A stretch of 64,000 bases of DNA, from the NCBI GenBank assembly GCA_039588055.1, contig JBDHAN010000004.1:807-64806 (forward strand), in the 5' to 3' direction. The translations under genes were made by a program, and so were the position numbers. The stretch is from Gemmatimonadota bacterium (GTDB lineage: Bacteria > Gemmatimonadota > Gemmatimonadetes > Gemmatimonadales > GWC2-71-9). Shown piece after piece: positions 39,122 to 49,817 of this stretch (position 1 is its first letter; every line of letters begins with the position of its first letter). The notes under the pieces are model-generated. The model was not told where the DNA came from, made no database searches, and saw nothing but the letters and a program-made list of their open reading frames with translations.

Positions 39122-40582
39122 TCACTCCCCGATTTCTGGTCGCCGCCACACACCTGAGACCGATCGAATGAAGCGTTCGGGATCTGCCAGGAATTGGTCG
39201 CGACATTCGGGTGAATTGAAGTAGTAGGTCGTGCCGTCGTACACCGACGAGAGTGCTTCCGTTGGATCCACCGCCCGACCGCATACCGGGTCACGCACCT
39301 CGTCCATGAGCCCAACCATGGCAGCAGGCGTCGGCCGCGGCGGCCGGTGCCCCAGCAGCGAGGAATAGAGCCGCAGCTCATCAGCAATCATCCTGGTGAG
39401 AAGGAATCGCTCCCGCACCAGCTCTCGACCCGTCTTCCCGAGCTCGCGCGCCGTTGCCTTGTCCCGTATGAGACGTACAACCTCGGTCGCGCACTCCTCG
39501 ACGGTCTTGATCAGGGTACCACCGACGCCACCCTCCATCTGGAGTGGGATTCCGCCGACAGCACGCGCGATGACCGGAGTGCCTTTCCACAGGGTCTCCG
39601 ACACGATCAGCCCGAATCCCTCGCGAGTCGATAGCTGCACCACGATGTCCGCCAGCCGTTGGAACGCATTCACTTCGATGTTCCCGACCCCGGTGAGATT
39701 CGTGAACACGAAGATGTCGGGATCCTCGTCACCTTCCTTACTGATCTCGTTGTAGATGTCCCACCCCTCGGGATCGTCGAGCGCCATCGATCCAACCAAC
39801 GCCAGCTGTAGATCGGGTATCTCTTCCTTCGCGAGCCTGTAGGCCCGAATCACACCCATGGGATCCTTCCACGGATCGAAGCGACTCACCTGCGTCATGA
39901 GGGGTCGGCTCGTTCGAACCCCGACCCATTGCAGCAGAGAGTTGGCGAGATCGCTCGTGATCTGGAGGTTCTTCGGACTCAAGGGATCAATCGCCGGTGG
40001 AATGACCTCGACGCGCGGAATCGGCATGTCCGGAGGCACGAAGCCCCCCAAGGTGAAAACGGCGGCATCGTACTGCCTCAGAAACGGCCGCAAGAACTCC
40101 CAGACGTTGGGGTTCGGCTGAGACGTGTCGATGTGACAGCGCCAAATCCACTTTCCCGACCCCTTACCCCGGTATTCCAGGATCCCCGCAGGCTGGGGAT
40201 CGTGGATGAAAAACAGATCGTAGTCCTTCTCCTGTAACTGGGCGTTGTGCTTGTTGTTCTCGACGTAGACGTCGCGATCGATGTCGGTGAGATCGTTGGG
40301 CGCGCCCTGCAGGCCATTGTGCATCGCCTTGGTCGTGCGGAAGAACGCCTCACCGCCCGAAATGATGCGCCAGTCGGCCTCGATTCCCAGGTCTCGCAGC
40401 AGTGGAATCTCGGCGCGCAGAATCTCGGCAACCCCCCCGCCATACGGAGTCGCATTCAGATGGAGCAGCCGTGCGCCGCGGAGCGGCTCGGCAAGCTCCT
40501 TGAGCTGCTCGATGACTTCGCCGCCAGCCGGCTCCTCGTAGGTATCGATGCTTGCTCGTCCTACATCGACCTGCTGAAGCAT
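39122..40582 (-). CDS. treT: GT4 glycosyltransferase, trehalose synthase TreT-like, with C-terminal YHS domain
   Basis: [41 protein letters not shown]; tail DPVCG...[19 protein letters not shown]. Confidence 0.85.
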   Translation of the reverse strand: MLQQVDVGRASIDTYEEPAGGEVIEQLKELAEPLRGARLLHLNATPYGGGVAEILRAEIPLLRDLGIEADWRIISGGEAFFRTTKAMHNGLQGAPNDLTDIDRDVYVENNKHNAQLQEKDYDLFFIHDPQPAGILEYRGKGSGKWIWRCHIDTSQPNPNVWEFLRPFLRQYDAAVFTLGGFVPPDMPIPRVEVIPPAIDPLSPKNLQITSDLANSLLQWVGVRTSRPLMTQVSRFDPWKDPMGVIRAYRLAKEEIPDLQLALVGSMALDDPEGWDIYNEISKEGDEDPDIFVFTNLTGVGNIEVNAFQRLADIVVQLSTREGFGLIVSETLWKGTPVIARAVGGIPLQMEGGVGGTLIKTVEECATEVVRLIRDKATARELGKTGRELVRERFLLTRMIADELRLYSSLLGHRPPRPTPAAMVGLMDEVRDPVCGRAVDPTEALSSVYDGTTYYFNSPECRDQFLADPERFIRSVSGVWRRPEIGE

Positions 40583-40704
40583 GACCCCTCCCCTGTTGAC
40601 CGCGTCAGTCGTCAAAGCCCTCGCTACTGCGCCATGATTATTGCGGATGGCGCGGCGTGGCGCAAACCCCCGGTTTCTACTACATTGAGAATCGACAACA
40701 GACA

Positions 40705-40756
40705 CTCGTGGTGATTTGCGGCGTATTGCGGCCACGTTAAACAACTCGCTAAAAAG
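40705..40756 (+). ncRNA. SAM-II (SAM-alpha) riboswitch aptamer
   Basis: CGTGGTGATTTG..GTATTGCGGCCACGTTAAACAACTCGCTAAAAAG. P1 is CGUGGU/GCCACG and the pseudoknot is UUGCG/CGCUAA; it lies directly upstream of metH. Confidence 0.88.
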
Positions 40757-40797
40757 CCCGCCTTCGGCGCTCTTTTAGCGGCGGGGCTTTTGTTTTT
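40752..40797 (+). terminator. Intrinsic terminator forming the riboswitch expression platform
   Basis: AAAAGCCCGCC / GGCGGGGCTTTT stem running into TTTTGTTTTT. Confidence 0.75.
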
Positions 40798-40824
40798 GGT
40801 CTTGGCACTCGCGATTGAGGAGTG

Positions 40825-43800
40825 ATGACCGGTCACTCGACCACATCCGACGATCTCCAGCGCGCGATCCGACAGCGGATTCTCGTGCTCGACGGCGCCA
40901 TGGGAACGATGATTCAGTCCCACGGTCTCGCGGAGGAGGACTACCGGGGAGCCGCGTTCGCCGACCACGATCGTCCGCTCCAAGGCAACAACGATTTACT
41001 GTCCCTCACGCAGCCGGACATCATTGCTGGCATTCACCGTCGGTACCTGGAGGCGGGCGCCGACATTATCGAGACCAACACGTTCAACGCCAATGCCATT
41101 TCACAGGCCGATTATGGCCTGGAGCAACACGTTGCAGAGCTGAACTGGGCCGCGGCCCGAGTGGCGCGGCAGGCGGCCGACGGGTTCATGGCGCAGCACC
41201 CGGACACCCCACGGTTCGTGGCGGGCATTCTCGGGCCGACCAACCGAACGGCATCGATCTCTCCAGACGTCAATGACCCGGGGTTCCGCGCGGTCACCTT
41301 TGACCAACTCGCGTCGACCTACCAGGAGCAAGTGACGGCGCTGCTCGATGAACATGTCGACCTCCTCATGGTCGAGACCGTGTTCGACACGCTCAACGGC
41401 AAGGCCGCTTTGTTCGCGATACAACAGGTCCTCGTCGACCGAGCTGTGGCGGTGCCCGTCATGGTGTCCGGCACGATCACTGATCGAAGCGGGCGCACGC
41501 TGTCAGGTCAGACGCCAGAAGCGTTTTGGATCTCGGTCAGCCATGCCAACCTCTTCAGCATCGGGCTCAACTGCGCGTTGGGAGCGTCCGAGCTGCGACC
41601 TCATCTCGAAGAGATCGCGAGAGTAGCGGACGTACCAGTGAGCTGCCATCCCAATGCCGGACTGCCCAACGAGTTCGGTCAGTATGATGAGTCACCCGAT
41701 GCCATTGCGGCCGTGATGGGCGAGTTCGCCACGACGGGCCTCGTCAACATCGTCGGAGGATGCTGCGGCACGACTCCGGATCACATTCAGGCGATCAGCC
41801 AGGCAGTCCGTTCGCATCGACCGAGGACGGTGCCCTCGGCCGATCCCCTGACCAGTCTCGCAGGGCTCGATCCCCTCGTCATCCGTCACGACTCGCTCTT
41901 CATCAATGTCGGTGAGCGTACGAACGTGACCGGTTCGGCCAAGTTCGCCCGGCTCATTCGCGACGGAGACTACGAGACGGCGGTCGAGGTCGCTCGCGAG
42001 CAGGTCTCCAATGGCGCGCAGCTTCTCGACGTCAATATGGACGAGGGATTGCTGGACTCTCGGGCCGCCATCGTGCGCTTTCTCAATCTGATCGCCGCCG
42101 AACCCGACATCGCGCGGGTGCCGGTGGTCATCGACTCGTCCCGCTGGGACGTCATCGAGGACGGCCTCAAGTGTCTTCAGGGACGAGGGATCGTCAACAG
42201 CATCAGCCTCAAAGAAGGTGAAGACGTCTTCGTCCAGCAGGCCCGCAAGGTCCGCCAATATGGCGCTGCTGTGATTGTGATGGCATTCGACGAAGCGGGA
42301 CAGGCCGACACAGCCGATCGAAAGATCGAGATCTGCACCCGCGCGTACCGCATCCTCACCGAGCAGGTGGGGTTCCCGCCGCAAGACATCATCTTCGACC
42401 CCAACGTCTTCGCCGTCGCCACCGGCCTCGAGGAGCACAACGAGTATGCGGCAGCCTATCTCAAGGCGTGTCGAAGCATCAAGGAGACGCTTCCGCATGC
42501 GCTGGTGAGTGGTGGCGTGAGTAATCTGTCGTTCTCGTTTCGCGGCAACAATGCCCTCCGCGAGGCCATGCACGCGGTATTTCTCTTCCATGCGGTCCGT
42601 GCCGGTATGGACATGGGCATCGTGAACGCTGGTGCGCTTCCCCTCTATGATGACGTGCCGCCAGACGTTCGCACCGCAATCGAGGATGTGCTCTTCAATC
42701 GCCGTCCCAATGCCACGGAGCGTCTTACCGCGATCGCCCATTCCGTATCCGGCATTGCGAGTCGGCAGCACCGAGATCTGTCGTGGCGCGAGCGTGACGT
42801 AGCCGATCGGCTGAGCCACGCGCTGGTCGAGGGCATCGCGGAGTTCGTGGAAGAAGACGCCGAGGAGGCGCGGCAGCGGGCGGGTCATCCGATCGAGGTA
42901 ATCGAGGGACCGCTGATGGACGGGATGAACATCGTCGGCGACCTGTTTGGCAGCGGCAAGATGTTCCTCCCCCAAGTCGTGAAGAGCGCCCGTGTCATGA
43001 AGAAGGCGGTCGCCTACCTGGTTCCGTTCATCGACGAGGAGCAAGGCCCATCGGGTGCTGCTCACGCGACAAAGGGGTCTGTCGTGCTCGCCACGGTCAA
43101 AGGCGACGTGCACGACATCGGGAAGAACATTGTCGGTGTCGTTTTGCAGTGTAACGGCTACGAGGTCGTCGACCTCGGCGTCATGGTACCGGCCGCCAGA
43201 ATCATCGAGACGGCACTACATGTGCAAGCCGATTTCATTGGGCTCAGCGGTCTCATCACGCCTTCACTCGATGAGATGGTTCACGTCGCACGGGAGCTCG
43301 AGCGCCAGCAGGTCCGGACGCCGCTGCTGATCGGCGGCGCAACAACCTCCAAGAAGCACACCGCGGTCAAGATCGCCCCGGAGTATGGTGGGCCGACGGT
43401 ACACGTCACCGACGCATCGCGAAGCGTCACTGTGGTCGGATCACTCGCGAGCTCGGACAAGCGTGGAGACTTCTTAGCGAGCGTCTCGCGCGAATACGAG
43501 CGCGTTCGGGCATCATACCAGGACCGTGCCGGCGAGCGACGCGTACTTCCATTGACCGAGGCACGCCAGCGGAGGTTCACGCCGGACTGGGCAAGCTATG
43601 AACCAATAGAGCCTGCTGTCGACGGTATCCACGCGTTTACACCGTATCCGATTGCAGAGTTGACCAACTACATCGACTGGACCCCGTTCTTCGGAGCCTG
43701 GGAGCTCAAGGGTGCATATCCTGCCATTCTCGACCACCCGGTGGTGGGAGAGGAGGCACGCCGCGTCTTCCGTGACGCCCAACGGTTACTCGAACGGATC

Positions 43801-44541
43801 GTCGCCGAAAAACTCCTCACGACGCGTGCCGTGGTCGGCGTCTTTCCGGCGAACAGTGTCGGCGATGACATCGAGATCTACAGTGATGCGAGTCGCTCGA
43901 CCGTCAGAGCTGTAGTACGTGCCCTGCGGCAGCAAGTGGAAAAGCCCGCAGGACGTCCCAGCCTCTGTCTCGCTGACTTCGTCGCACCGAAGGAAACCGG
44001 ACTGCTCGACCACCTGGGAGCATTTGCGCTGACGGCTGGTATTGGGACCGATGAGCTCGCCGCTGAATACGAGGCTGCGCACGACGACTATCACGCCATT
44101 ATGGTCAAGGCGTTGGCCGATCGTCTGGCCGAAGCTCTGGCAGAACGACTGCACGAGCGCGTTCGCACGGAGCTGTGGCGTTACAGTCCGGACGAGCAGA
44201 TGGCGAACGACGAGCTGTTACGGGAGAAGTACGTGGGCATTCGTCCGGCCCCCGGCTACCCCGCGTGTCCCGACCACAGCGAAAAGCAAACGCTGTTCGA
44301 TCTGCTTGACGTCCCCACCAGCACCGCCATGCAACTGACCGACAGCTTCGCCCTTCAGCCCGCCGCATCCGTGTGCGGGTGGTACTTCGCTCACCCTGAC
44401 GCCTTCTACTTCGGTGTCGGCAGCATCGGCCGTGACCAGGCGGAAGACTATGCAGCGCGGAAGGGCATGACAGTGGCCGAGGTGGAACGCTGGCTCGGGC
44501 CGGTTCTGGCCTACGAGCCGAGCAAGGAACCGGTGCCATGA
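40825..44541 (+). CDS. metH: Cobalamin-dependent methionine synthase
   Basis: [31 protein letters not shown]12 motif, [12 protein letters not shown] activation domain. Confidence 0.97.
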   Translation: MTGHSTTSDDLQRAIRQRILVLDGAMGTMIQSHGLAEEDYRGAAFADHDRPLQGNNDLLSLTQPDIIAGIHRRYLEAGADIIETNTFNANAISQADYGLEQHVAELNWAAARVARQAADGFMAQHPDTPRFVAGILGPTNRTASISPDVNDPGFRAVTFDQLASTYQEQVTALLDEHVDLLMVETVFDTLNGKAALFAIQQVLVDRAVAVPVMVSGTITDRSGRTLSGQTPEAFWISVSHANLFSIGLNCALGASELRPHLEEIARVADVPVSCHPNAGLPNEFGQYDESPDAIAAVMGEFATTGLVNIVGGCCGTTPDHIQAISQAVRSHRPRTVPSADPLTSLAGLDPLVIRHDSLFINVGERTNVTGSAKFARLIRDGDYETAVEVAREQVSNGAQLLDVNMDEGLLDSRAAIVRFLNLIAAEPDIARVPVVIDSSRWDVIEDGLKCLQGRGIVNSISLKEGEDVFVQQARKVRQYGAAVIVMAFDEAGQADTADRKIEICTRAYRILTEQVGFPPQDIIFDPNVFAVATGLEEHNEYAAAYLKACRSIKETLPHALVSGGVSNLSFSFRGNNALREAMHAVFLFHAVRAGMDMGIVNAGALPLYDDVPPDVRTAIEDVLFNRRPNATERLTAIAHSVSGIASRQHRDLSWRERDVADRLSHALVEGIAEFVEEDAEEARQRAGHPIEVIEGPLMDGMNIVGDLFGSGKMFLPQVVKSARVMKKAVAYLVPFIDEEQGPSGAAHATKGSVVLATVKGDVHDIGKNIVGVVLQCNGYEVVDLGVMVPAARIIETALHVQADFIGLSGLITPSLDEMVHVARELERQQVRTPLLIGGATTSKKHTAVKIAPEYGGPTVHVTDASRSVTVVGSLASSDKRGDFLASVSREYERVRASYQDRAGERRVLPLTEARQRRFTPDWASYEPIEPAVDGIHAFTPYPIAELTNYIDWTPFFGAWELKGAYPAILDHPVVGEEARRVFRDAQRLLERIVAEKLLTTRAVVGVFPANSVGDDIEIYSDASRSTVRAVVRALRQQVEKPAGRPSLCLADFVAPKETGLLDHLGAFALTAGIGTDELAAEYEAAHDDYHAIMVKALADRLAEALAERLHERVRTELWRYSPDEQMANDELLREKYVGIRPAPGYPACPDHSEKQTLFDLLDVPTSTAMQLTDSFALQPAASVCGWYFAHPDAFYFGVGSIGRDQAEDYAARKGMTVAEVERWLGPVLAYEPSKEPVP

Positions 44542-46376
44542 GTATCCCGCTGGCGCAACGGATTGCCGACGATCGTGTGCACGTGCTGGACGGCGCCATG
44601 GGCACTGTGCTCTATGGCAAGGGAATGTTCGTCAACGTCTGCTATGACGAGCTGAGCCTCACGCACCCCGACCTCGTGCGGGAGGTCCACGAGTCCTACC
44701 TGCGCGCAGGCGCCGAGATCATCGAGACCAACACCTTCGGCGCCAACCCGGTCAAGCTCTCGGGGTACAGCCTCGACGGAAAGACCGAAGAGATCAACCG
44801 TGCGGCCGCAACGCTGGCTACGGAAGCAGCATCGGGTCGAGCCAACGTGGTCGGCAGCGTGGGCCCCCTCGGCATCCGGATCGAGCCGTTCGGCCCGACT
44901 GCCCGTGAGGAGGCAATCGAGTATTTCCAGCGCCAGGTGCGCGGGCTCCTCCTTGGGGGCGTCGACGGGATCGTACTCGAGACGTTCAGCGATCTCGACG
45001 AGCTACATACGGCCTACCTCGCCGTGCGGGCGCTGAGCGACCTTCCGGTGATCGCGCAGATGACCATCGACGAAAGCGGGAGTACGACCTACGGCACGGA
45101 TGTCGAGAGGATCGCCCGCACCCTGACGGAGTGGGGCGCCGATGTGATCGGCCTCAACTGTTCCGTCGGTCCCGCCATCATGCTCGAGGGCATCGAGCGC
45201 ATGGCCGAAGCGACCGATCGCCCGCTCATTGCCCAGCCGAATGCGGGCCTGCCTCGAGTGGTCGGTGACCGCAAGATCTATCTCTCGAGTCCCGACTACA
45301 TGGCGAACTACGCGCAGCGACTGATTCGTGCCGGCGCGCGATTCGTTGGCGGCTGCTGTGGAACTACAGACGAACACATCAAACGCATCAGGGATCTCGT
45401 TGCCACCATGCAGCCTCGTCACTCGCATGTGGTCGTGCCGCGACACGAGATCGTGCCGCCCGACGGCGTCGAGCCTGCACCGTTGGCTGAACGTTCGAAA
45501 TGGGGCAGCAAGCTCGCAGCGGGTGAGTTCGTTCGGAACGTGGAGCTCGTGCCGACAAAGGGCTGGCAGCCGGAGGCACTCCTCACGCAATGCCGCTCCC
45601 TGGTGGACGCAGGTGTCGACTCAGTGAGTGTGCTGGATGGACCACGAGCACAGAGCCGTATGGCGGCGATACCAGCGGCGATCATCATCGAGCGAGAGAT
45701 CGGTATCGAGACGCTCGTCCACTACACCTGCCGCGATCGCAACATGCTGGGCATGATCAGCGATCTCCTCGGCGCCGCGGCAGCCGGCCTTCGCAACTTA
45801 TTGCTCGTGACAGGCGACCCTCCTCGGCTCGGGCCGTATCCCGATTCGACCGCCGTCTTCGACATCGACTCGATTGGCCTCACGAACGTCGTGTACCGCC
45901 TGAACCACGGCCTCGATCCAGGTGGCAACCCCATCGGTGCGCCGACCCGGTTCGTGATGGGCGTTGCCGCCAATCAGTCCGCGGTAGACATGGATCGCGA
46001 ACTGCGGCGACTCTACTGGAAAGTCGACGCTGGAGCCGAATTCGCGGTGACCCAACCCGTGTTTGACCCGAAGCAGTTCGAGACGTTCATCCAGCGAATC
46101 GAGGAGTTCCGTATCCCGGTCATCGCAGGCCTCTGGCCGCTGCTCTCGATCCGAAACGCCGAATTCCTGGCCAATGAGGTCCCCGGACAGCACGTACCGA
46201 CGGACCTCATCACTAGAATGCGGCGTGCCCAAGAGCGCGGGGCGGAGGCCGCAACCGCCGAAGGCGTTGCGATCGCCCGCGATATGTTCGCAGCGGTTCG
46301 TGAAGCGGTGAACGGCGTCCATGTGAGTGCGCCGCTCGGGCGGGTGGACGTTGCCCGGGCCGTGATGGAGGCGTGA
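44538..46376 (+). CDS. yitJ: Bifunctional homocysteine S-methyltransferase / methylene-THF reductase
   Basis: DGAMGT, GLNC and GGCCGT, then [13 protein letters not shown] and TQPVFD. Confidence 0.92.
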   Translation: MSIPLAQRIADDRVHVLDGAMGTVLYGKGMFVNVCYDELSLTHPDLVREVHESYLRAGAEIIETNTFGANPVKLSGYSLDGKTEEINRAAATLATEAASGRANVVGSVGPLGIRIEPFGPTAREEAIEYFQRQVRGLLLGGVDGIVLETFSDLDELHTAYLAVRALSDLPVIAQMTIDESGSTTYGTDVERIARTLTEWGADVIGLNCSVGPAIMLEGIERMAEATDRPLIAQPNAGLPRVVGDRKIYLSSPDYMANYAQRLIRAGARFVGGCCGTTDEHIKRIRDLVATMQPRHSHVVVPRHEIVPPDGVEPAPLAERSKWGSKLAAGEFVRNVELVPTKGWQPEALLTQCRSLVDAGVDSVSVLDGPRAQSRMAAIPAAIIIEREIGIETLVHYTCRDRNMLGMISDLLGAAAAGLRNLLLVTGDPPRLGPYPDSTAVFDIDSIGLTNVVYRLNHGLDPGGNPIGAPTRFVMGVAANQSAVDMDRELRRLYWKVDAGAEFAVTQPVFDPKQFETFIQRIEEFRIPVIAGLWPLLSIRNAEFLANEVPGQHVPTDLITRMRRAQERGAEAATAEGVAIARDMFAAVREAVNGVHVSAPLGRVDVARAVMEA

Positions 46377-46391
46377 CCGGAAATCCCGAGG

Positions 46392-47270
46392 TTAGGTGAG
46401 GTCTGACACCGCCTCTAGCACCCGTCGGTATCGCTCCTCAGGCTTGCGATATCCCAAGTTGCTCACGTAGACCTTATCCACACCCAGAGCGCGGAGGGCC
46501 GAGATCGTTCTCGCACAGATCTCCTCCGGAGTCAAACCAGCTTCGAAATCCTGCGCGACCCCTTCGACCGGGACCGGGAAGAACTGACGTAGCCGGTCCA
46601 GCGTCCTGGGATTTGCCGAGCGGTACAGGAACACCCCGAAGACACCGGGCCATGGCACGTGGCGCCGACGGAGCTCGTTCGCAAAGCGTTCGATCTGCGG
46701 CAGCTGGTGGTGCGAAACGATCTGCGTCAGGAAGAAATCGCCGGTGAAACTGGGCGCGAGGAGAAAGTCGACCTGCTCCGAGGCGCTCCGCAGCGGATTC
46801 GCCCACCCGCCCAACTCGAGCGTCTCATGTCGCGAACGTATCCGCTGCCGCAGCAGATACGCGAACTCGAGACACCGTGGCGGCCCCAACGCCTTGTCAC
46901 CTCCCAGCACTGTGAGTGCCGGAAATCCGTGGGACACCGCCCGATCCGCATACATGAGGCAGTAGTCCAGCGTGTGTTTGCAGGTGAGAAACGGCACCAG
47001 CTTCCAGGGGGTGACGTCGCCTGCGAGATTTGTCACCAAATGCCGGAGATTCTCTTCCTCTGACTCTCCAACCGCGTTATCGGTGAGAAAGACCGCCGTG
47101 TCATGCCGCGCGAGTCGTCGCACGGAGTGATACATGTCGATCCACGCATCCATGCTCTGCGCGGCTCTGAGCTCGGTCTTCGGTGGTCGGAGCTCGACGG
47201 CCACCAGAGGACGATCGTCGCGCAGTCGCTCCGCGATCGTGGCATAGGACGGAAAGTCAGCAGTCGACAT
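46392..47270 (-). CDS. Divergent MetF/MTHFR-fold protein
   Basis: VELRPP, LTDN, FLTCK, LGGD, ANP and FFLTQ occur in the same order as the MetF barrel motifs. Confidence 0.65.
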   Translation of the reverse strand: MSTADFPSYATIAERLRDDRPLVAVELRPPKTELRAAQSMDAWIDMYHSVRRLARHDTAVFLTDNAVGESEEENLRHLVTNLAGDVTPWKLVPFLTCKHTLDYCLMYADRAVSHGFPALTVLGGDKALGPPRCLEFAYLLRQRIRSRHETLELGGWANPLRSASEQVDFLLAPSFTGDFFLTQIVSHHQLPQIERFANELRRRHVPWPGVFGVFLYRSANPRTLDRLRQFFPVPVEGVAQDFEAGLTPEEICARTISALRALGVDKVYVSNLGYRKPEERYRRVLEAVSDLT

Positions 47271-47334
47271 ATCAGATGCTCAAGCTACAGATTCCGAGTG
47301 TTCGGATCCAACCCCCGCAGCTCGAGGATCGAAT

Positions 47335-48168
47335 ATGCAAGCGGTGCTCATCACCGGCGCCTCCCGCGGAATCGGCGAGGCCACTGCTCTCCGCCTAGAC
47401 GAGCTTGGCTTCCGAGTGTTCGCCGGCGTGCGCACGGACCTCGCTGGCCAGTCTCTCCGCAAGAAGGGCTCCACCAGCATCACTCCCGTCCACCTCGACG
47501 TCACCGACCCCAAGAGCATCTCGAGCGCCGTGGCGACCATCGAGGAGCACGGACCCTACGAGTTCGTGGGGCTGGTCAACAACGCCGCTATATCCGCACC
47601 GGTCCCCCTGGAATTCGCGCCGCTGGATGAGGTCCGCGCGCAATTCGACGTGAATCTGTTCGGGGCGCTCTCAATGATTCAGGCGATGCTCCCGACCATC
47701 CGGAGGGCTGGATCAGGCCGCATTGTGAACATCAGTTCGATCAACGGCCGACTGGCGCAACGCTACATCGGCATCTATTCGGCATCCAAGTTCGCGCTCG
47801 AGGGTTTGAGCGACGCTCTGCGACGCGAGCTCCGTCAGTGGGGCATCAAGGTCATTGTCGTCCAGCCCGGCGCCATCGACACGCCGATCTTCGAAGCGTC
47901 CCGTGCGCGCAGCAAGGCACTGCTGGATGAGCTTCCCGACGAGGCCACCGAGCTCTACAGCCGTGTGCTCCACGCGCTGCGGCACCGCCCGGGCAAGGTG
48001 CCGCGCCATGCCCTCCCCCCATCCTACGTCGCCCGTCGGGTGGCTCAGGCTCTTACAGCGCGCCGTCCCCGCACCCGCTATGTCGTCGGGTGGGACGTGC
48101 GCCTGGCTTTCCTCTTCAGTCGGCTCCTTCCTCCCAGCCTCATGGACCGAATCCTGAGTCACCACTAG
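47335..48168 (+). CDS. SDR family oxidoreductase
   Basis: TGASRGIG, LVNNA, NISS, YSASK. Confidence 0.93.
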   Translation: MQAVLITGASRGIGEATALRLDELGFRVFAGVRTDLAGQSLRKKGSTSITPVHLDVTDPKSISSAVATIEEHGPYEFVGLVNNAAISAPVPLEFAPLDEVRAQFDVNLFGALSMIQAMLPTIRRAGSGRIVNISSINGRLAQRYIGIYSASKFALEGLSDALRRELRQWGIKVIVVQPGAIDTPIFEASRARSKALLDELPDEATELYSRVLHALRHRPGKVPRHALPPSYVARRVAQALTARRPRTRYVVGWDVRLAFLFSRLLPPSLMDRILSHH

Positions 48169-48173
48169 CGGAA

Positions 48174-48210
48174 TTGACTTTGTAATACAAAGTACTTTAC
48201 ATTACAACGA
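48174..48210 (+). promoter_or_regulatory. Promoter overlapped by a tandem operator palindrome
   Basis: TTGACT-N18-TACATT; perfect inverted repeat ACTTTGTA-A-TACAAAGT (48177-48193) plus an adjacent degenerate copy. Confidence 0.75.
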
Positions 48211-49736
48211 TGAGCGCGTCACACCGCGTCCTTCTCGCCTTGCTGGGCATGGCCACGGCAATCGGCATCCTGGGCGACCAACTCCTCCGCCCGGCTCCCT
48301 GGGGTGTGGGCTTTTCGATCTGGATCGCGATCGCCATCGGAGCCGCTCTGCTCTTCCTCGTCTGGACTCGAGCATCGCGCCCACGCACCGTGCTCGTCCT
48401 CTTCGGCGTCGCATTCGGATTCGCCGCATGCCTCGCCTGGCGCGATGCGACCCGCCTCACAGGCTGGAACGTGCTCGCGACCGGGGTCGCCCTGACGCTG
48501 GCACTGCTCCACACCCGCGGGCTCGCCCTCTGGTCCGCACGAGCATTGGACTATGCAAGTGCGGTGCTGAACGCCGGTCTGTCCGTGATGCTCGGTCCGG
48601 TCATTCTATTGGGACGCGAGCTCTTTACGAGCAGAGCGTCGGAACCACGAACGACAAAAGTGCTCCGACGTGCCTCATTGGGACTGCTCCTTGCCCTTCC
48701 GATCGTCCTGGTGTTCGGTGCGCTCCTCGTCTCGGCCGATCCCCTGTTCGAACGGTTGGTCAGCCGACTGTTCGACTGGGACTTCGAGAGGATTGTGTCA
48801 CATGCCTTCGTCATCGGCGTGCTCAGCTGGTTGAGCGCCGCGTTCCTCCGTGCGCTCGTCAAGGCCGATACTGACGATCCCGAGATCACGTTGCCTCGCA
48901 CCAGGTTGTCGCTCGGCTTCCTGGAGGTAGGCATCCCGCTGGGAGCAGTGACGTTGTTGTTCCTCATCTTCGTGGCCCTGCAGGCACGCTGGCTCTTCGG
49001 CGGAGAGGACGTCATTCGTGCGACCGTCGGGCTCACCTACGCGGAGTATGCCCGCAGAGGCTTCTTCGAGCTCATAACCGTCGCAGGTCTCGTAATTCCG
49101 TTGCTCATGGCATGCGATTGGGCGATCGGCGATGACGATCCGGAGACAACACGGCGCCTTCGGATGCTCGCCGTCACCCAGCTCCTGCTCGTCGGAGCCA
49201 TCCTGGCGTCTGCCGTTGCACGACTTTCGCTGTATCAGGATGCATACGGCCTCACCGAGACGCGCCTGTATGCCGCTGTGTTCATGACGTGGATCGCGCT
49301 CACCCTTGGCTGGTTCAGCCTGAGCGTCTTGCGGGGAAAACGGAAGCGGTTCGTCGCGGGGGCGGCCGTCGCCGGGTTCCTCGTGGTGGCCGGTCTCGAC
49401 GTTCTCGACCCCGATCGGACCATCGTGCGTACCAACGTTGCCCGCGTTCAGGCCGAAAAGGAGCTCGACGTCTCGTATCTCACCTCGTTGAGCGCCGACG
49501 CCGCACCCCACCTCCTGGCAGCGCTCCCCTCTCTGTCGGACGACGACCGCTGCGCGGTCGCGCGACACCTCGTGGATGCATCCGCTGAGCGATGGGGCGC
49601 CAGCTGGCGGAGCTGGAACGTGGGGCGCGCGCGCGCGTCCGGGACCGCAGACCGGGCCCGCCCCATCGCCGTTCGCTGCCCCAGCACCGCGACGCCAGCG
49701 ATCGGAGAAGAGACTCGCGGGTCGGTCGACCCGTAA
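48210..49736 (+). CDS. DUF4153/DUF4173 family multi-pass membrane protein
   Basis: LVSADPLF, TYAEYARRGFFEL, YGLTETRLY, YLTSLSADA. Confidence 0.88.
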   Translation: MSASHRVLLALLGMATAIGILGDQLLRPAPWGVGFSIWIAIAIGAALLFLVWTRASRPRTVLVLFGVAFGFAACLAWRDATRLTGWNVLATGVALTLALLHTRGLALWSARALDYASAVLNAGLSVMLGPVILLGRELFTSRASEPRTTKVLRRASLGLLLALPIVLVFGALLVSADPLFERLVSRLFDWDFERIVSHAFVIGVLSWLSAAFLRALVKADTDDPEITLPRTRLSLGFLEVGIPLGAVTLLFLIFVALQARWLFGGEDVIRATVGLTYAEYARRGFFELITVAGLVIPLLMACDWAIGDDDPETTRRLRMLAVTQLLLVGAILASAVARLSLYQDAYGLTETRLYAAVFMTWIALTLGWFSLSVLRGKRKRFVAGAAVAGFLVVAGLDVLDPDRTIVRTNVARVQAEKELDVSYLTSLSADAAPHLLAALPSLSDDDRCAVARHLVDASAERWGASWRSWNVGRARASGTADRARPIAVRCPSTATPAIGEETRGSVDP

Positions 49737-49817
49737 CCGGACGACCTCCTACCGTTCGCCCTCGAGAAGGGTGATGATCGAGAAGGATAGGTCGCCGGCG
49801 CCAACGTCCGCTAAAGC

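Noticed and set aside
39121..39387. N-terminal extension of GalT
   Set aside because: Overlaps the TreT YHS tail; the GalT motif begins at GTG 39120 with a good SD.
40583..40744. TreT N-terminal extension or a Met leader peptide
   Set aside because: The region holds the divergent promoters and the SAM-II aptamer; no Met-rich leader ORF, and TreT has a strong SD at ATG 40582.
41692..43113. 473-aa minus-strand ORF
   Set aside because: Antisense shadow of metH.
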